A stretch of DNA of 64,000 bases from Octopus bimaculoides (GCF_001194135.2 NC_068990.1:64601869-64665868), one strand, 5' to 3'; numbered from the stretch's first letter, positions 1-13,278 are shown. Made by a program: numbers and translations. Notes: generated by a model not told the origin, from the sequence alone.

Positions 1-28
1 GCACTGTCACCCTGTATGTGTGTGTGTA

Positions 29-65
<37 letters not shown>

Positions 66-274
66 NNNNNNNNNNNNNNNNNNNNNNNNNNNNNNNNNNN
101 NNNNNNNNNNNNNNNNNNNNNNNNNNNNNNNNNNNNNNNNNNNNNNNNNNNNNNNNNNNNNNNNNNNNNNNNNNNNNNNNNNNNNNNNNNNNNNNNNNNN
201 NNNNNNNNNNNNNNNNNNNNNNNNNNNNNNNNNNNNNNNNNNNNNNNTATATATATATATATATATAATATATA

Positions 275-305
<31 letters not shown>

Positions 306-1495
306 ATAGGACATTCATTGCAATTATTAATCTAAGCAATTAAAAAGGGGAGATTTACATCTAATCTTAAGCTTATAATTAATTACACCAGAAGTTGAAA
401 TTTCAGATATAAATTTTTGTGTGTGAAAAACTTAGTGTACTAATTAGAGAGCTGAAGAAAGGTATCTTCAAAGACATCATGATCCCCACCTGATATGGCT
501 ATGTTACGTGAATAGATAGTGCTTACTGGTTGAAGAATTTGAGTTCATATTGTTTAGAGTACATGAGACATAAGCATATCAAGGAATGTCAAAGAGTGTG
601 GATCTTAGTTTAGATATTCCAGAACAGATGGCATGTAGACTAAGACAAATGTATTACAGACATCAGTGGGGAACATCACCCTTTAAGTCGGATATGTTTT
701 CCCATTGATATTGATGTCTTCTTGTTGACTTTATCCATGTTCCTGATAGTTACACTCCATTCTCGTTTGCTCAGGTCATTCCTTATCAAGCAGACATATG
801 GGTCAAAAGGTATTCCAGCCATTATTATCATGTCTTAATTTCAGATGCACTATATTTTCCTCAACATTTTCCCATACTAGTATGAGTTGTACAGTTTTTC
901 TCAGCCATCATTTTATGGTTTGGGGATTCTTACAGTATGCTAGTAAGCCCATTCCAAAACTAGAATAAACATGGTAAATTTTAGACATAGTGTATTGAGG
1001 ATATTATCTTATGTGTCCACTATTTTATTTATTTATTCGTGTGTGTGTATGTTATTGATAGTATAACAGGTTAGGCAACTATGTATAGGTTCCCCTGGGG
1101 TTAGTGTCACTGCTATAATAAATATGGCTTGCACTGCTAACTAGTCCAAATATTTATCACCTTAGGCATTGGAATGCAAGCCATCTTCATATTTAATCTG
1201 CCCTGGCAGTAGGTGGTAGCTGTTTGAGCTATGTAGTCAAATGGAGGAACTAGTTAAGCTTTCAAGTAAAATAGCAGTGCAATGCAAATAAGCAATACAA
1301 AAACATGTATAAATGTATAGAAATGTTTGTCCCATGCTTCTATAAGGAGATAAATATAGTATAATATATATAACTTCTATGCACATTTTTAGTTCTGACT
1401 TTTAGAAATTGGTTTCATTGCTTCTTTCTCTCCCTCTTGTATCTTTTCTTTTCTCTGTAAAGACTACATGCACACGTGTTTGTGTTGTCACATAG

Positions 1496-1540
1496 GCAAA
1501 GTGGTGAATTTTGATCGACGACAATTGTCTAACCAATTAG
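1496..1540 (+). CDS. Candidate 45-nt phase-1/phase-1 exon, possibly of WDR47: (x)KVVNFDRRQLSNQL(x)
   Basis: cacatAG|gcaaa...caattag|GTaaaa. Open only in phase 1, which matches the phase-1 start of exon 38915. CpGs are retained (gatcgacgac). No homology recognised. Confidence 0.45.
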
Positions 1541-1627
1541 GTAAAAACTGCCGCAGGTGATGCTTAAAATTTAAAAGCAAGAGAGATGACTCCAATCAGA
1601 TTAGTTGGTTGAACATTTTTTTACATA

Positions 1628-2759
1628 TCAGGTCATCCCATAAGTTCTGTCCGAATTATGAATAAAGAAAACAAGTGATCAAATGTTATATTTAATTGAA
1701 ATTTAATCATCAATGTACTTTGCCTGATTATCTATGACTTTCTTCGATCTATTTACAAGCTTTTCAATTCCATCAATGTAAAACTTTTTTGGTTTCGAAG
1801 CGAAGAACTCTGAAATGTTAGTTTCGACCTCTTCCTGGTTTGCGAAAGTTATGTCCCCAAATGATTCTGTAAACTACGAAGCAAATGGTAGTCTGAAGCA
1901 GCAAGGTCGGGAGAATAAGGTGGATGAGGAATTTTTTTCCAACCAAGTTCTTCAATCTTCTGTGATGTGATCTTTGCAGTGAGGGGTCGCGCATTGTCCT
2001 GATGAAACATTTCCTTTTCAATTGACTAAAGTGGGGCTTTTTTTCTTCAAAGTTTGGTTGAAATGCTCTGATTGCTGACAGTAGACTTGAGCATTGATTG
2101 TTGCATTAGGTGGTAACAATTCAAAGTGAATTACTCCTTTGCAATCCCACCAGATAGAGAGAACCTTTTTCCCTTGAAGTTCCCATCTTGGTTGTGGTTG
2201 AGCTTTTTCCCTTTTACCAAGCCACTGTTTACATTTAACATTTCGATAGAAGATCCAGTTTTCGTTACCAGTCACAAATCTATCCAAAAAGGGTGAAATG
2301 AGTTCGCGAGAATGGAGAGAAGAGCAGATGTGATCTCGGAATTTGCAGTTGCTTTTGGACAATTCATAAGGCACTCATTTTCCAAGTTCAGGAGCCTTTC
2401 CAAGTTGTTGAAGATGACGATGAATAGTTGTATGGTTTGAATTAAGCTTTATTGCCAATTCTTCAACTGATAATGTAGGATTTTCTTCAAGGAGTTTATC
2501 ATCAAACTCAACTGGATCTTCTTCTTCAAGGCTGAAATCTCCACTTCTGAATTTTGCAAACCATCTTCTGCAAGTTCTTTCATTCAAGCATTCTTTCCCA
2601 GAAACTGAGTGNNNNNNNNNNAGAATAATATTTAATTAGTTTAAATGTACGCAAATGCATAAAAATAATTCTTAATTCCATTAGACATTCTAAAATACTT
2701 TTAAATTTCATTCAATTTTCAAAAAGGTAAAATCGGACAGAACTTTTGGGATGACCTGA
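1628..2759 (-). mobile_element. Mariner (DD34D) transposon, near full length, transposase pseudogenised
   Basis: TIRs tcaggtcatcccataagttctgtccga / tcggacagaacttttgggatgacctga with TA at 1626-27 and 2760-61. Minus-strand fragments RWFAKFRSGDFSL, FVTGNENWIFY, KKVLSIWWDCKGVIHFELL, HQDNARP...HPPYSPDLAASDYH, with 34 residues counted between the last two Asp. Frameshifted; contains a 10-N gap. Confidence 0.93.
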
Positions 2760-2815
2760 TAGATGCACAAAGAAAAAATTTCTAATTTTCTTTTTACTTT
2801 TAAATTAACTGTGTA

Positions 2816-3023
2816 CAGTAATCCCTCACCATGTCACGGTTTAGTATTTAAGCTTATGTCCATTCCTCTGTGGTGTTTTGCATTTATTATAAATAAATAT
2901 ATAGAAACTATAAAAATGATTTAAAAAAAAAACATACAGTACAGTACTGTTTCTACTTTGTGGATTTTCACCTATCACAGAGGGTTTCGGAATGTAACAC
3001 CTGCAATAGTCGAGGGATTACTG
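2816..3023. mobile_element. Tigger/pogo-like MITE
   Basis: TIRs cagtaatccctc / gagggattactg, flanked by TA on both sides (2814-15, 3024-25). Confidence 0.8.
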
Positions 3024-4439
3024 TATTATGACTTGTTGAAAGCTTTTCTAGACTGGTAACATTGGTGTGACTGGTACCTAGCTGCCAGGACATCTTCTAG
3101 TTTATGTCTTCAGGAAAAATCTGGACAAAGTTGGAACCAGAGGATCTGATGTGAATGCCTGCAACAAAATAAAATCTGTGAATGGCATTCATGGTTCAGT
3201 GGTGTCTAAAGCTGGTAGAGCATTATGCCTGGTACATGTATACATATATATATATTATATACCAAAATCTAGCAACAAAATCCTGGCACATCTGGACCCT
3301 ATTACTTTACTGGTGGGTGGTGGGGACCTAAATAAATATTAGAAAGACTAAATATAATGTAGATTTATTTATTTCATTATCCTTCAACACTATAACTGGT
3401 TAAGCCTTTAAAATCTTAAGAGAAGTACAATGGCTGTGGAGCTAAGAATTTCTTTAACACAATGTCATGAGTTAAACTTATTTAACAGCTATACTGTTAA
3501 ACATGTGGAGTAAGTTACAATTACTCTGCTTATATGTGCCACAGCTCTCACTTCATTGTTAATTAGTGAAATGATCATAATGGATTTGAATGTAATGAAT
3601 GGTTATAGTGTTTCTACAGGTACTATTTTACACTTCTCTTAATTTAGCACAGACATGTTACTGTGTTAGTTTCAGTTTATGATTGATTATATTTAGGAAG
3701 AATGTCTAGCTTTAAAAACGAAAGTTGGTGATGTTGGGAATTTCTTCAACAATGCACATGTGTGTTGAGAATCATTCTGCTGACGATAATATGGAAACCT
3801 CAGCATGAAATTATAAATAAAATTCAAGTCACTTTTCATGCCTGTGGGGTCTTCAATCTAACTCTTGTGTGACCATATCTCTACCAGAATTACACTGCTT
3901 ATGTTTCAATTAATTTGCTTAACTCCTCTAAATTCTCTGTTTTGGAAATTACATGTAACATTTTCACTTGTTTGTATATCAAGCTGGTATTTAGAAGAAT
4001 ATTGTGAGGGGAATGTTTTAATCTAAAAATGAACACTTTGGTGACTTTGTATCATTAAATCTGCCAAGTATGTACTGAAAGGATTAAAAATAAAGAATGT
4101 AGGTGTTAACCCCACAAACTACTATTGTGCTCTTCTAACAAAGGGCCTATTCTGTTTGATTCACTTTTCAGTTATTGAAAAATAAAATTACACTGAAAGA
4201 ATACCACTTTTTACTTTGCTGTTGTGGGCTTAGTTAAATTAGGGCATCTCCTTTTATGTTGCCCCTTTATTTTTGGAAAGAGTGGTGGAGAGAGTATGTG
4301 AGTCAGTTCCATTGTGTTGCTGAAATTTATTGTATCACTATTCAGAGGAAATTTTCCTGAAAATCATATGACTTGAAGTAGATGTGATAGATTTTGTGGC
4401 ACAGGCTTTTCTACTTGAATCCTACTAATAGTTGAAGAC

Positions 4440-4622
4440 TTGCTGGCAGAAGCTTTTGCAATGTGGACAAAATGCTTAGCGGCATTTCTTTAGGAACTTT
4501 ACGTTTTTAATTCAAATTCCACTGAAATCAACTCTTCCTTTCAGCCTTTTGGGGTCGATGGCATAAAGTTCCAGTCACGTACTGAGGTTGATTTAATCAA
4601 CAAGATACCCGCCCCACAAAAG
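4440..4622 (+). mobile_element. tRNA-derived SINE family B, internally deleted
   Basis: tgctggcagaa...aaatgcttagcggcatttc...ttcaaattcc...ggggtcgat; matches the copies at 44062 and 56867. Confidence 0.7.
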
Positions 4623-4696
4623 AATATTCAGACCATGTGCCTCTATTAGAAACAATTAATTTTTTTTCATTTTATTTTTTTATTTTTGTTAAACAG

Positions 4697-4732
4697 GTAA
4701 ACATCTTGGTAGAGTTGGATCCTGTCTTAGAG
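4697..4732 (+). CDS. Candidate 36-nt exon: phase 1 (G)KHLGRVGSCLR(x), or phase 0 VNILVELDPVLE
   Basis: Long T-rich tract, then aaacAG|gtaaac...cttagag|GTaact. Length is divisible by 3 and the phase-1 frame is open. Confidence 0.4.
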
Positions 4733-5505
4733 GTAACTGACAAAATAACTATGTTGTGGCATATTGTGAGGCTTATAGCTTATTATATCATATCCATACC
4801 AACTTAGCTATTTATGTTTATAGATAATGTTTATGCAATGTTGCTGTTTGAATAGAATATTTGAGAAGTTAATTTGAATATTTAAGAAAAGCAACTGCTT
4901 TCATTGTTTTCATTGTTATTGTCATTGTTGTTTGGTTCCAGGTCAATTTGAATGAACAAAGAAAGCTATGATCAAGGGTACTCTAGTCATGGCTACCCTG
5001 TTAATATTGTATTTCTAAAACTACATTATCCTATGTGTCCTTGCCTTTTTATTCCAGTGGGGTGCAATTTAAGGGGAGGTTTGGCTGCTATTTCTTGTAG
5101 ATCATATGACCAAGTAGAGGCTTCTTTGTTGGTTCTGCTTTTATAGCTGCTTGCTGTTAGACAGGTATGAGTGCAGGAACTTCTTGAGAGTTAGAATTGA
5201 GTGCAAATAACCTAAGTTAAGGACTGTGTATTGGTAATGTTGCTTTTAAATTTACATCTAAGGATACTTTGTTATTTCTCTGAGAAAAATGCTTTTACAT
5301 GCCTCAGCAGTTATTTGGATTGACTTAAAGAATAGGAATATTGTTGAGAGATGTTAGCCATGATAGACTGGATTCCTCTCTAGTGAAAGGTGTATCAATC
5401 ATACAAAAATATATAGAAATAATTACCAGCTTTATGAGTACCTACAATACAGAAACAATAGTTATTTTATCTTAACCTAAAATACTAAACCATGTTTACT
5501 ATTAA

Positions 5506-5723
5506 CCTTTTAGCATTTAAACTGGCCATATCCAGCCTAAATCTTATAGCTGTTATATGTTCAAACCAGCCACACCCAAACTCTCACACCTACCTAACAA
5601 TGTCGTTCTAAGAATAAGCAAACACCTCATCAAAATTTCAAAGCTATGAGATAATGCAGGATTAATTCAAAGCAATGTGAATAAATAAGCATTACATTTG
5701 ACAGTAATTTGAATGTTAAAGGG
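5506..5723 (-). mobile_element. TTAA-flanked piggyBac-like MITE family C1
   Basis: ttaa|ccttttagcatt...aatgttaaaggg|ttaa; interior matches other C1 copies in reverse. Confidence 0.8.
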
Positions 5724-6289
5724 TTAAAGCATATGTACTTGCTACTTGTTGAATGATTTCCAAAGTACTTGAAGAGACAGTCATGTGGAAAATTAGAAGC
5801 TGAAACAATTTATGCAAATTTGCATAACTGGAGCATATGCTGGTATTTTCTTAAATATCTGAACTTTTTTTTTTTTTTTTCAAATCTAAAATGTCAATTT
5901 CATCAAATTAGACATCCTGTCTTTTTCTGGTGTTGTAAGACGAAAAAAAGTACATTTATCAACTCCTGTCACTTAACTGATGAATCTAGTATTCTCATTA
6001 GATTCCAAACTGTGTTGGCTTACTGCAGCAAGTGAGCATGTTGCTATTACTGCTTATACATTTCCAAAAATGTTGTTGGTTTTTCTGTTATGTTTGTCTT
6101 CTGTGTTGTCTGATGTTCTTATAAACCACCTTAGACAGTTTTACTTGAACAAATACTTTATAGAAGGCATCGGCGCATTGCTGACAGAGACCGAGATATG
6201 TGGTGCATTGTTGTATTTGGGGGACCAGCTCACCACAACAAAATTGAGATCCTAAACCCAAAGTGTCATTTAATGTGTGTTGGTGTGGG

Positions 6290-6508
6290 TGCTAGTGTCA
6301 CTTAAAAAACACTGGTGATGGTGCTGCAAAAAAAAAAAAAAGCACCCATTACACTCTATAAAGTGGTTGATGTTAGGAAAGGCATCCAGCCATAGAAACC
6401 AAACCAAAACAGACTATGGAACCTGATGCAGTCCCTGGCAATACCAGTTCCTGTCAAGCTGTCCAACCCATGCCAGCATGGAAAACAGACATAAACTAAT
6501 GATGATGA
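6290..6508 (+). mobile_element. RTE-LINE 3' tail fragment (family A)
   Basis: agcaccc...gttaggaaaggcatccagcc...ccaacccatgccagcatggaaaac...gatgatga. Confidence 0.75.
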
Positions 6509-6731
6509 ACACTTTAGCATTGAGATTATTCAATCAAATGTGTTGATTATTTATTCATATTGTTTTGAATTAATCATACATATTCTTTTTGGATTGAAAT
6601 TTTTATTAGGTAACTGTTAATTTTTAGAATGATATTGTAGGGTTGGTGTGAGGAGCCAGATCTGGCCAGTTTGAACATAAAACAGAGGTACAATATTTTG
6701 GCTGGCTATGGCTGATTTAAATGCTATAGGT
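6509..6731 (+). mobile_element. MITE C1, degenerate ends
   Basis: actttagcattgagatt...ttaaatgctataggtttaa; interior matches C1. Confidence 0.7.
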
Positions 6732-6781
6732 TTAAGTCTCTTCTTGAACAGCCTTGCTATGATGTTCTTCATTGTTTAGAG

Positions 6782-6924
6782 CAGGTATGGGCAACCCTTT
6801 TTCAAGAAGCGGGCCACATGAGACATCGTTTATTATTAGTCATACCTCACTACTAAAATTCAAGGTAATTTTTTGTTAGTATACCTTTCAGAAAGGCTCA
6901 AGGGCTGCAGTTTGTCCATGACTG
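6782..6924. mobile_element. Short hAT-like MITE
   Basis: Imperfect TIRs caggtatgggcaac / gtttgtccatgactg; possible decayed 8-bp TSD gtttagag / gtcaagaa. Confidence 0.5.
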
Positions 6925-7811
6925 GTCAAGAACAACATTATATGCTCTATTCAGTTATTGATTATATAACTTTTGCTCTTGAGTTATAAGTATGACAAAA
7001 GATCTTTTTTCGTGGTGGCTACAGTAGGAATGGTCCCATTCTATTGTTGCTCTCAAAAATATTGGTGCAGTTGGTAGAGATCTGGATATATTTTGAAGTA
7101 ATCAATGTTCTGACTTAACATTTTCTGCTTCTGTCAATTAAATAACAAAAAATACTAATAATAATCAGTGGTTTTTGTTATTGAACAGCTCTGTCTCAGT
7201 CCATGATCAGACTTATGGACAAAGGCATTCCAGTTGTAATTATTTTATTATTTTAATGTCCTTATCTAATTTAGTAGTGAGTGTTTTGAGGGAGATTTGG
7301 CTGCTATTTCAAGCAGGTTAAGCAACTATTGGCTCAATATACAATGATTGATTCATTCATAGCCAGTAAAGAACAAGAAGAATGAAAAAAGTCAGTTTTG
7401 GCACTAATCTAGATACTCTGGAGCAATTAGTTTAGTTATTTTACTCTTTACACTCAATTTTCCATCTGCTTTAGTTGAATGGTAATGGAGGGGTATTTCT
7501 TTTGGATCTGTCTTTCTCCTAGTTTTGTAGATTTCTCTCGTTAACATATATAAAATGATGATGATTGTAATGCTGGTGATAGTCTCACACTTAGACAAGC
7601 AGCCATTTTTTTTGTTTTTCCTTGTTTTTTATTTTAGAAAGTGGAATATAAAATGTATGATTCACTCATTATAGAAATGAGAGGATGTTTTTTTTACCCC
7701 ATTAGTATTTTTATGTGAAGTATGTGTTCATTCTGACTGACTTTTTAGCAGAACATTTTAAAAAAAGATGTTTTGCATTTTTAATTTATACCTTATATTG
7801 TGTGTGTGTGT

Positions 7812-7980
7812 GCTGACATGACTATGTGGTAAAATGTTTGCTTCCCAATCACAATTTAGTCCCAGTATATGGTACCTCAGGCAAGTGTCTTCTATTGCAG
7901 CCCTAGACTGACAATAAGCTTGTGAGTGGATTTGGTAGATAGAAACTGAAAGGAGCCTGTTGTGTGTGTGTGTGTGTGTA
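7812..7980 (+). mobile_element. tRNA-derived SINE family D
   Basis: gactatgtggtaaaatgtttgcttcccaatcac...ggcaagtgtcttct...gcttgtgagtggatttggtagatagaaactgaaaggagcc, ending in (TG)n. Confidence 0.75.
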
Positions 7981-9258
7981 TATATATGTGTGTGTGTNNN
8001 NNNNNNNNNNNNNNNNNNNNNNNNNNNNNNNNNNNNNNNNNNNNNNNNNNNNNNNNNNNNNNNNNNNNNNNNNNNNNNNNNNNNNNNNNNNNNNNNNNNN
8101 NNNNNNNNNNNNNNNNNNNNNNNNNNNNNNNNNNNNNNNNNNNNNNNNNNNNNNNNNNNNNNNNNNNNNNNNNNNNNNNNNNNNNNNNNNNNNNNNNNNN
8201 NNNNNNNNNNNNNNNNNNNNNNNNNNNNNNNNNNNNNNNNNNNNNNNNNGAAAAAAAAATATCCACCTCAACAAATTCTGTCCAACCTCTATGCATGCAT
8301 GGAAGTGGCTGTCAAAATTTTGATTTTTTTTTTTTTTCCACATCCAAAATAGAGACAAGCACCAACACTTCCATGTAGCACACTTAAACAATTGTGGCAG
8401 ATCTCTTACCATGAATAGCCACCAATAGCCTTGTTAACCCACAAATAAAGAATATTTATCCAACAATGCAGTGTTAAGCACTCATTCTCACTGTCCAATG
8501 TTAGCATGTATATCTTTATGTGTGTGTATAAAAAGCCTTTCTAATTTTTTGCTTGTTACTTAACATCCAATTTTCCATATTTAAAAGATTAGTGGGGTAT
8601 TTTTAAGCTTTATTTTAATATGGATATTAATGAAAGAAATAAGTAGGGCATTATATTTCAATCTACTAAAGCTATAAAATAAAAATGGTCCCTGTTTTTC
8701 TGCTAGGGTCAGTGGTTTGAACTCGTATTACAGCTATTTAAAGGACCTGTTGTGTAGCTATATTTTTCCTGAATGTATTCTGGAACATTCATCATATTTA
8801 ATGATAGCCATATGACCTTCATGATTTTAAAAACAACTTTTACTTTGCACTGAAGGCATTGCTATTTTTTGGCTGATGTATTTTTATTATTTATAAAGTG
8901 TGTGTGTGCATGTTTTTTTTGTTTTTTATTGTGTGTGATAATTAAAAGAATTTAGAAACAAGCATTAATTGTGTTGTGTATGTGAGAGTCATCCTCATTA
9001 AAACTGTCCTGAATTCTACTATAAATTCAGACATTGAACAATAATTTTCAGTTGGAAAATTAGTTTGTCTTTCCTTTTGGGATGATTTTATAAATTACTT
9101 TACAAGAACATCAAAGGTATAGTTGCTATTATTAAGTCGAGAGTATGACTATGAGATTGTGTATGGTTATTAGACAACTAGTCGAGAGGTTGGTGGTTCA
9201 AATCTCATCTCTGGTCAAGATATTTAACTCTCAAAATGGACCATTCCAGCTAGGTTAA

Positions 9259-9445
9259 CCCTTTAGCATTCAAACTCACCATATCCAATCTAGATATTCT
9301 ACCTGATTTATTTTCAAACCAACCAGATGCAGCCTCTCGCAACTACCCTACAATGTCCTTCTAAAACTAAGCAATCACATCATGAAAACCTCAACTGCCA
9401 GATAATGCATGATTAATTTAAAACAATGTGAATAATGCTAAAGGG
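9259..9445 (-). mobile_element. MITE C1, internally deleted
   Basis: ttaa|ccctttagcatt...aatgctaaaggg|tta. Confidence 0.75.
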
Positions 9446-9479
9446 TTATAGTAATTTATTGTAGTATAGGAATGACTAG

Positions 9480-9880
9480 CCTTTCAAGTCATCATCATTA
9501 TTACCATGATCATCATCTTTATTTTACATTCATGAGTTGGATGAGTCTTCTCCAACATTAGCGTCTTGCCACTTGTTACAATCTTTTGTCAACTTCTTTT
9601 TGAGATTCATCTTCTTCCTATATCTTCTGTTGCAATTTCCTTCACTTTGGTTGTTTGATATTTTCATCTGTCATCCTCTATGTAATTCACAGCCCATATC
9701 AGCAGACTCTCCTTTCTTGCATTCTCTTAGATGTAGTTTTTCTCTCAATCCATTTGTGCTTTGTTTTCCATACACATTAACATTGCACTTGCAGTTCAGC
9801 ACACTCACACATTCTCTGCATTCAGTACCTATGATTGCTACCATGCAGCACTGTACATGAAGAGAACCCAATGTTGCAAC
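9480..9880 (-). mobile_element. Degraded RTE-LINE ORF C-terminal fragment
   Basis: Minus strand reads KCNVNVYGKQSTNGLREKLHLR, similar to the RTE-type MLRWMCNVS...LREKL segment; (GAT)n-like tail at ~9490. Confidence 0.55.
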
Positions 9881-10554
9881 TGAGGAAATTGCTTCCTGAA
9901 CATCCTCTTTCCCATTCTTACTCTGGCTGCTGTGATTCTGAGTTTTTTTTAAAGAATTCTTCTCCAGAATGCACTTAGTGCTAAATATGCTAGTGTGTCA
10001 TCTGCTACATATGAAGTTCCTCTTCTCTTGCTTCTTGTGATCTTGTTGCACCTCTTGTGCAGAGTTTAGACTGGGTGCACTGTATAGAATTCTTACCATG
10101 GGTTTTCTTCACTACAACTGTGAAGCTTCGTTTTTCCATGACATAAGAGGAAGAAGTGTTACTGTGTTAGGTAGGCCTTGCAATCTATGAGTGAAGATTA
10201 AATTTTTTTATGTCATAGATAATTGATATTAATGAGGTTGACACCATGGTAATAGGTAGGACAGCTAGTTGAGAATTGAGACAGCCTTCATAACACTGGG
10301 TAAGGATGGCATACTTGGGAATTGGTAGTCTTCGTGTAGTTGATAACTACTAAGGTATTAAGACAAACTAATGGTAGTTAGGCATTTTTGTCCAGATTAA
10401 GACAGAGAAAGGAGGATAGGGATCTGCTCGTAAACTGCAGAGATGTATTTACATTTCTCCTCTAGTTTTATTGTCATCATTTTAACATCCACTTTCCCAT
10501 GCTTGCATGGGATTGGATAGTTTGTAGGGTCATATTTTTAACACCCCAGTTTCC

Positions 10555-10870
10555 TTCCTATTGCTAACCTTCACCTGTTTCCAAGCAAAGTAATATTTCC
10601 TCATGGTTAGACATATTTTCATGGACGATTGGAAATAAGCAATGCCATGTATGTCAGTGACACTTAGTTACAACTATCACACGATGTCAAGACAGGGAAA
10701 TGCAAAACACACAAACAATGAGCTTCTTTCAGTTTCTGTCTATTAAATCCACTCACAAGGCTTTGGTTGGCTCTGAGCTATAGTAGGAAACACTTTCCCT
10801 AGGTGCCATGCATAGGAAATTGAATCTGAAACCATATGGTTGTGAAGTTGACTCCTTAAAACACACATCT
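10555..10870 (-). mobile_element. SINE family D with extended 3' region
   Basis: cagtttctgtctattaaatccactcacaaggctttgg...aaaccatatggttg; homologous to 12075-12365. Confidence 0.7.
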
Positions 10871-12074
10871 AACTGGGTTAAAGAACTAGGTCAGGGGAAA
10901 TTCTTTTCATCTTCCGTATGAATCTAGCAAGGCTGGATGCTAATTGTTACTATTAACCATTCAATTATGAAACGAGTTTTCAGTTTATTGTGTAACAGGC
11001 TAAGATAAGCAAGGTATTAAAGATTGAAATTATTACCATTTGGTCAATAATCCAGCTATTATTTATTCATCTGCATATTATTTATTTCTTTTCCTGAACC
11101 TATTTCCCTCAACCACTAACTTTAACCACAAAGGAATAGGAATACCAACTTTTTACAAAGTGCTTTTATGTAGTATGAAATGGAATTGTATAATTCTCTT
11201 TCACACATCATCAACTGTTTCAAAGTGTCTGTATACAAATTCAAATCTCAACCAAAATCTCACCATTGGTGCAAGGTTTCAAGAGGTAAACGTTCTGTAA
11301 GAGTTGCTTGTATTTCAAATGCCAGCTGAATACAACTAGTTTTCTGTATAGTTTTAATGACAATACTTTCAGTTAAGTATCATTTTGTATTTTAATTGCT
11401 GCTAAATGGTTAATCTGATGAACTGTATTATCTTATTTATTGGACAAAAGAAACAAAATGTACTGGTTGACCTCATTGAATTTAGATAATAATCTGATTC
11501 CAGAGGTGTCGTTGTTTAGCCACATGTCACCTCTAATAGAGCAACCAAAGACAATCCAGCCATGATCATCTCCTTTTACATCAGCAGTATGCACCATGAA
11601 CCACAATTAATTCTCTTTTAAGATAGCAGTGTATCATATGATGGATATTTGGTTGCTATTTCTAGGTTGAACAATTATGTAGAGACTACCTTGTTAGCTT
11701 GTGTGGTTATGTGGTGAGGGTGTGTACTTGTCTGGAGATGTGGTAAGAGAACGAAGCAATATAGGCATAGATATACAAACATTTCATTTTAGTTTGTCTC
11801 TTATTATAAATCCAGCTTGTGTTAATTACTGGATAGGATGGTCTGCAATGTAAGGTTATCAGCAAGTGGGGGGAAGTTTAATTCTAATTCATTTCTAACC
11901 AATTGTATGGTCAAAACCATTGATCCGACTTTGCACAAGATTCCTATATAATATTATTAACTAGTTAATTCTTTTCCTGAATTACAAAAGTGCATAGCCC
12001 ACGAACATCATTCATCATTTAATAACCACTTCTCCATGCTTGCATAGGTCAGGCAGACTGTCTCTTGGTCAGAT

Positions 12075-12365
12075 GCCCTTACTGGTTTCCAAGCAAGGTA
12101 ATATTTCCCATGGTCAGACATGTTTTTTACAGGAGATAGGGAATAAGCAACACTACTCGTATAATGGTGGTGCTTTTTTTACAACCATCATGCTATCATG
12201 ACAAGGAAACACACACGCAATGGACTTCTTGCAGTTTTTGTCTATTAAATCCACTCGCAAGACTCTGGTCATCCTGGAGCTATAACCAAGTGCTGTGCAG
12301 TGGGACAGAACTCCAAACCACATGGTTGGAAATCAAGCTTCTTAACCAAACCAGCCACAACTACG
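12075..12365 (-). mobile_element. SINE family D with extended 3' region
   Basis: gtttccaagcaaggtaatatttccc...aaatccactcgcaag...gcagtgggacagaactccaaaccacatggttggaaatcaagcttcttaacc. Confidence 0.7.
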
Positions 12366-12603
12366 CTTATAAGCAGATGCAAAGCGAGTCACTTGGACAG
12401 CATGCTGATCTGTTGTAGCTGGTTTGAACTTGGTACTGATATATATATGAGAGAGAGAGAAAAATCTGTTTTCCTGGGGCTAAAAAAAGGTAGTAACATC
12501 ATTCTGATCAGGACTGCCACTTTACGTTGGCAAATAGACTTCACTCTGTAGTACTGTTACTACTTATTTCTCACTCAGAGATTTAAAACTAATTATTTTT
12601 CTC

Positions 12604-12647
<44 letters not shown>

Positions 12648-12939
12648 GTGGTGGTGTAGCTGAAAGCAATCTGTATATAACTTGGCAAGTGCTGTAACCT
12701 GTAATTCACTCACATTGCTTAATGGGTTTTGAGAAGTTTATTGTGGTCTCCTTCCTCTTCACATTACCTGCTCAGTGATGTGTTTTTGACTCTAGGTAAT
12801 CTATTTTTGCCTTTTTCTTTTATTTTGAAGTCTTCATGATGACAATCTAGCTTCACCCAGAACCCTAGTTGACATCATTTTTATTGTTTGTTGCTTTTTG
12901 TCAGTAAGTGACCTTTGCTGTAACATGTCATGTTTGCAT

Positions 12940-13128
12940 TGGTACATGAAAAGCACTGGTGATGGTGCCATGTAAAAAGCACTATAGTGGTACCATGTAA
13001 AAAGCACCCAGTACACTCTCTAAAGTGGTTGACATTCAGAAGGGCATCCAGCCATAGAAACCATGCCAAGACCAACAATGGAACCATCCAGCCCTTGCCA
13101 GCATGGGAAAAGAATGTTAAATGATGAT
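12940..13128 (+). mobile_element. RTE-LINE 3' tail fragment (family A)
   Basis: Repeated catgtaaaaagcac units, then gaagggcatccagccatagaaacc, ccagcatgg, atgatgat. Confidence 0.75.
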
Positions 13129-13278
13129 CTAATAAAAAATTTTAAAATGCAGGTGTCCAGCATTTCATGTATTTTCTAGAACTTGATAACTAAACTTTCA
13201 CTGGTCAGCAAAATTTATCCCATTTATAATTCTCAATTGTATTGTTTCATGACACAATTATGTATCTAATGTACTGCA

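Noticed and set aside
7-339. ORFs spanning N-gaps and microsatellites (also near 7900-8400, 25050-25340, 25800-26500, 30540-30920, 31480-31690, 32300-32640, 33800-34120, 41450-42066)
   Set aside because: Stop-free only because of N runs or dinucleotide repeats (YIYI, HTHT, CVCV, ERER). Only 41990-42046 within them is a plausible exon.
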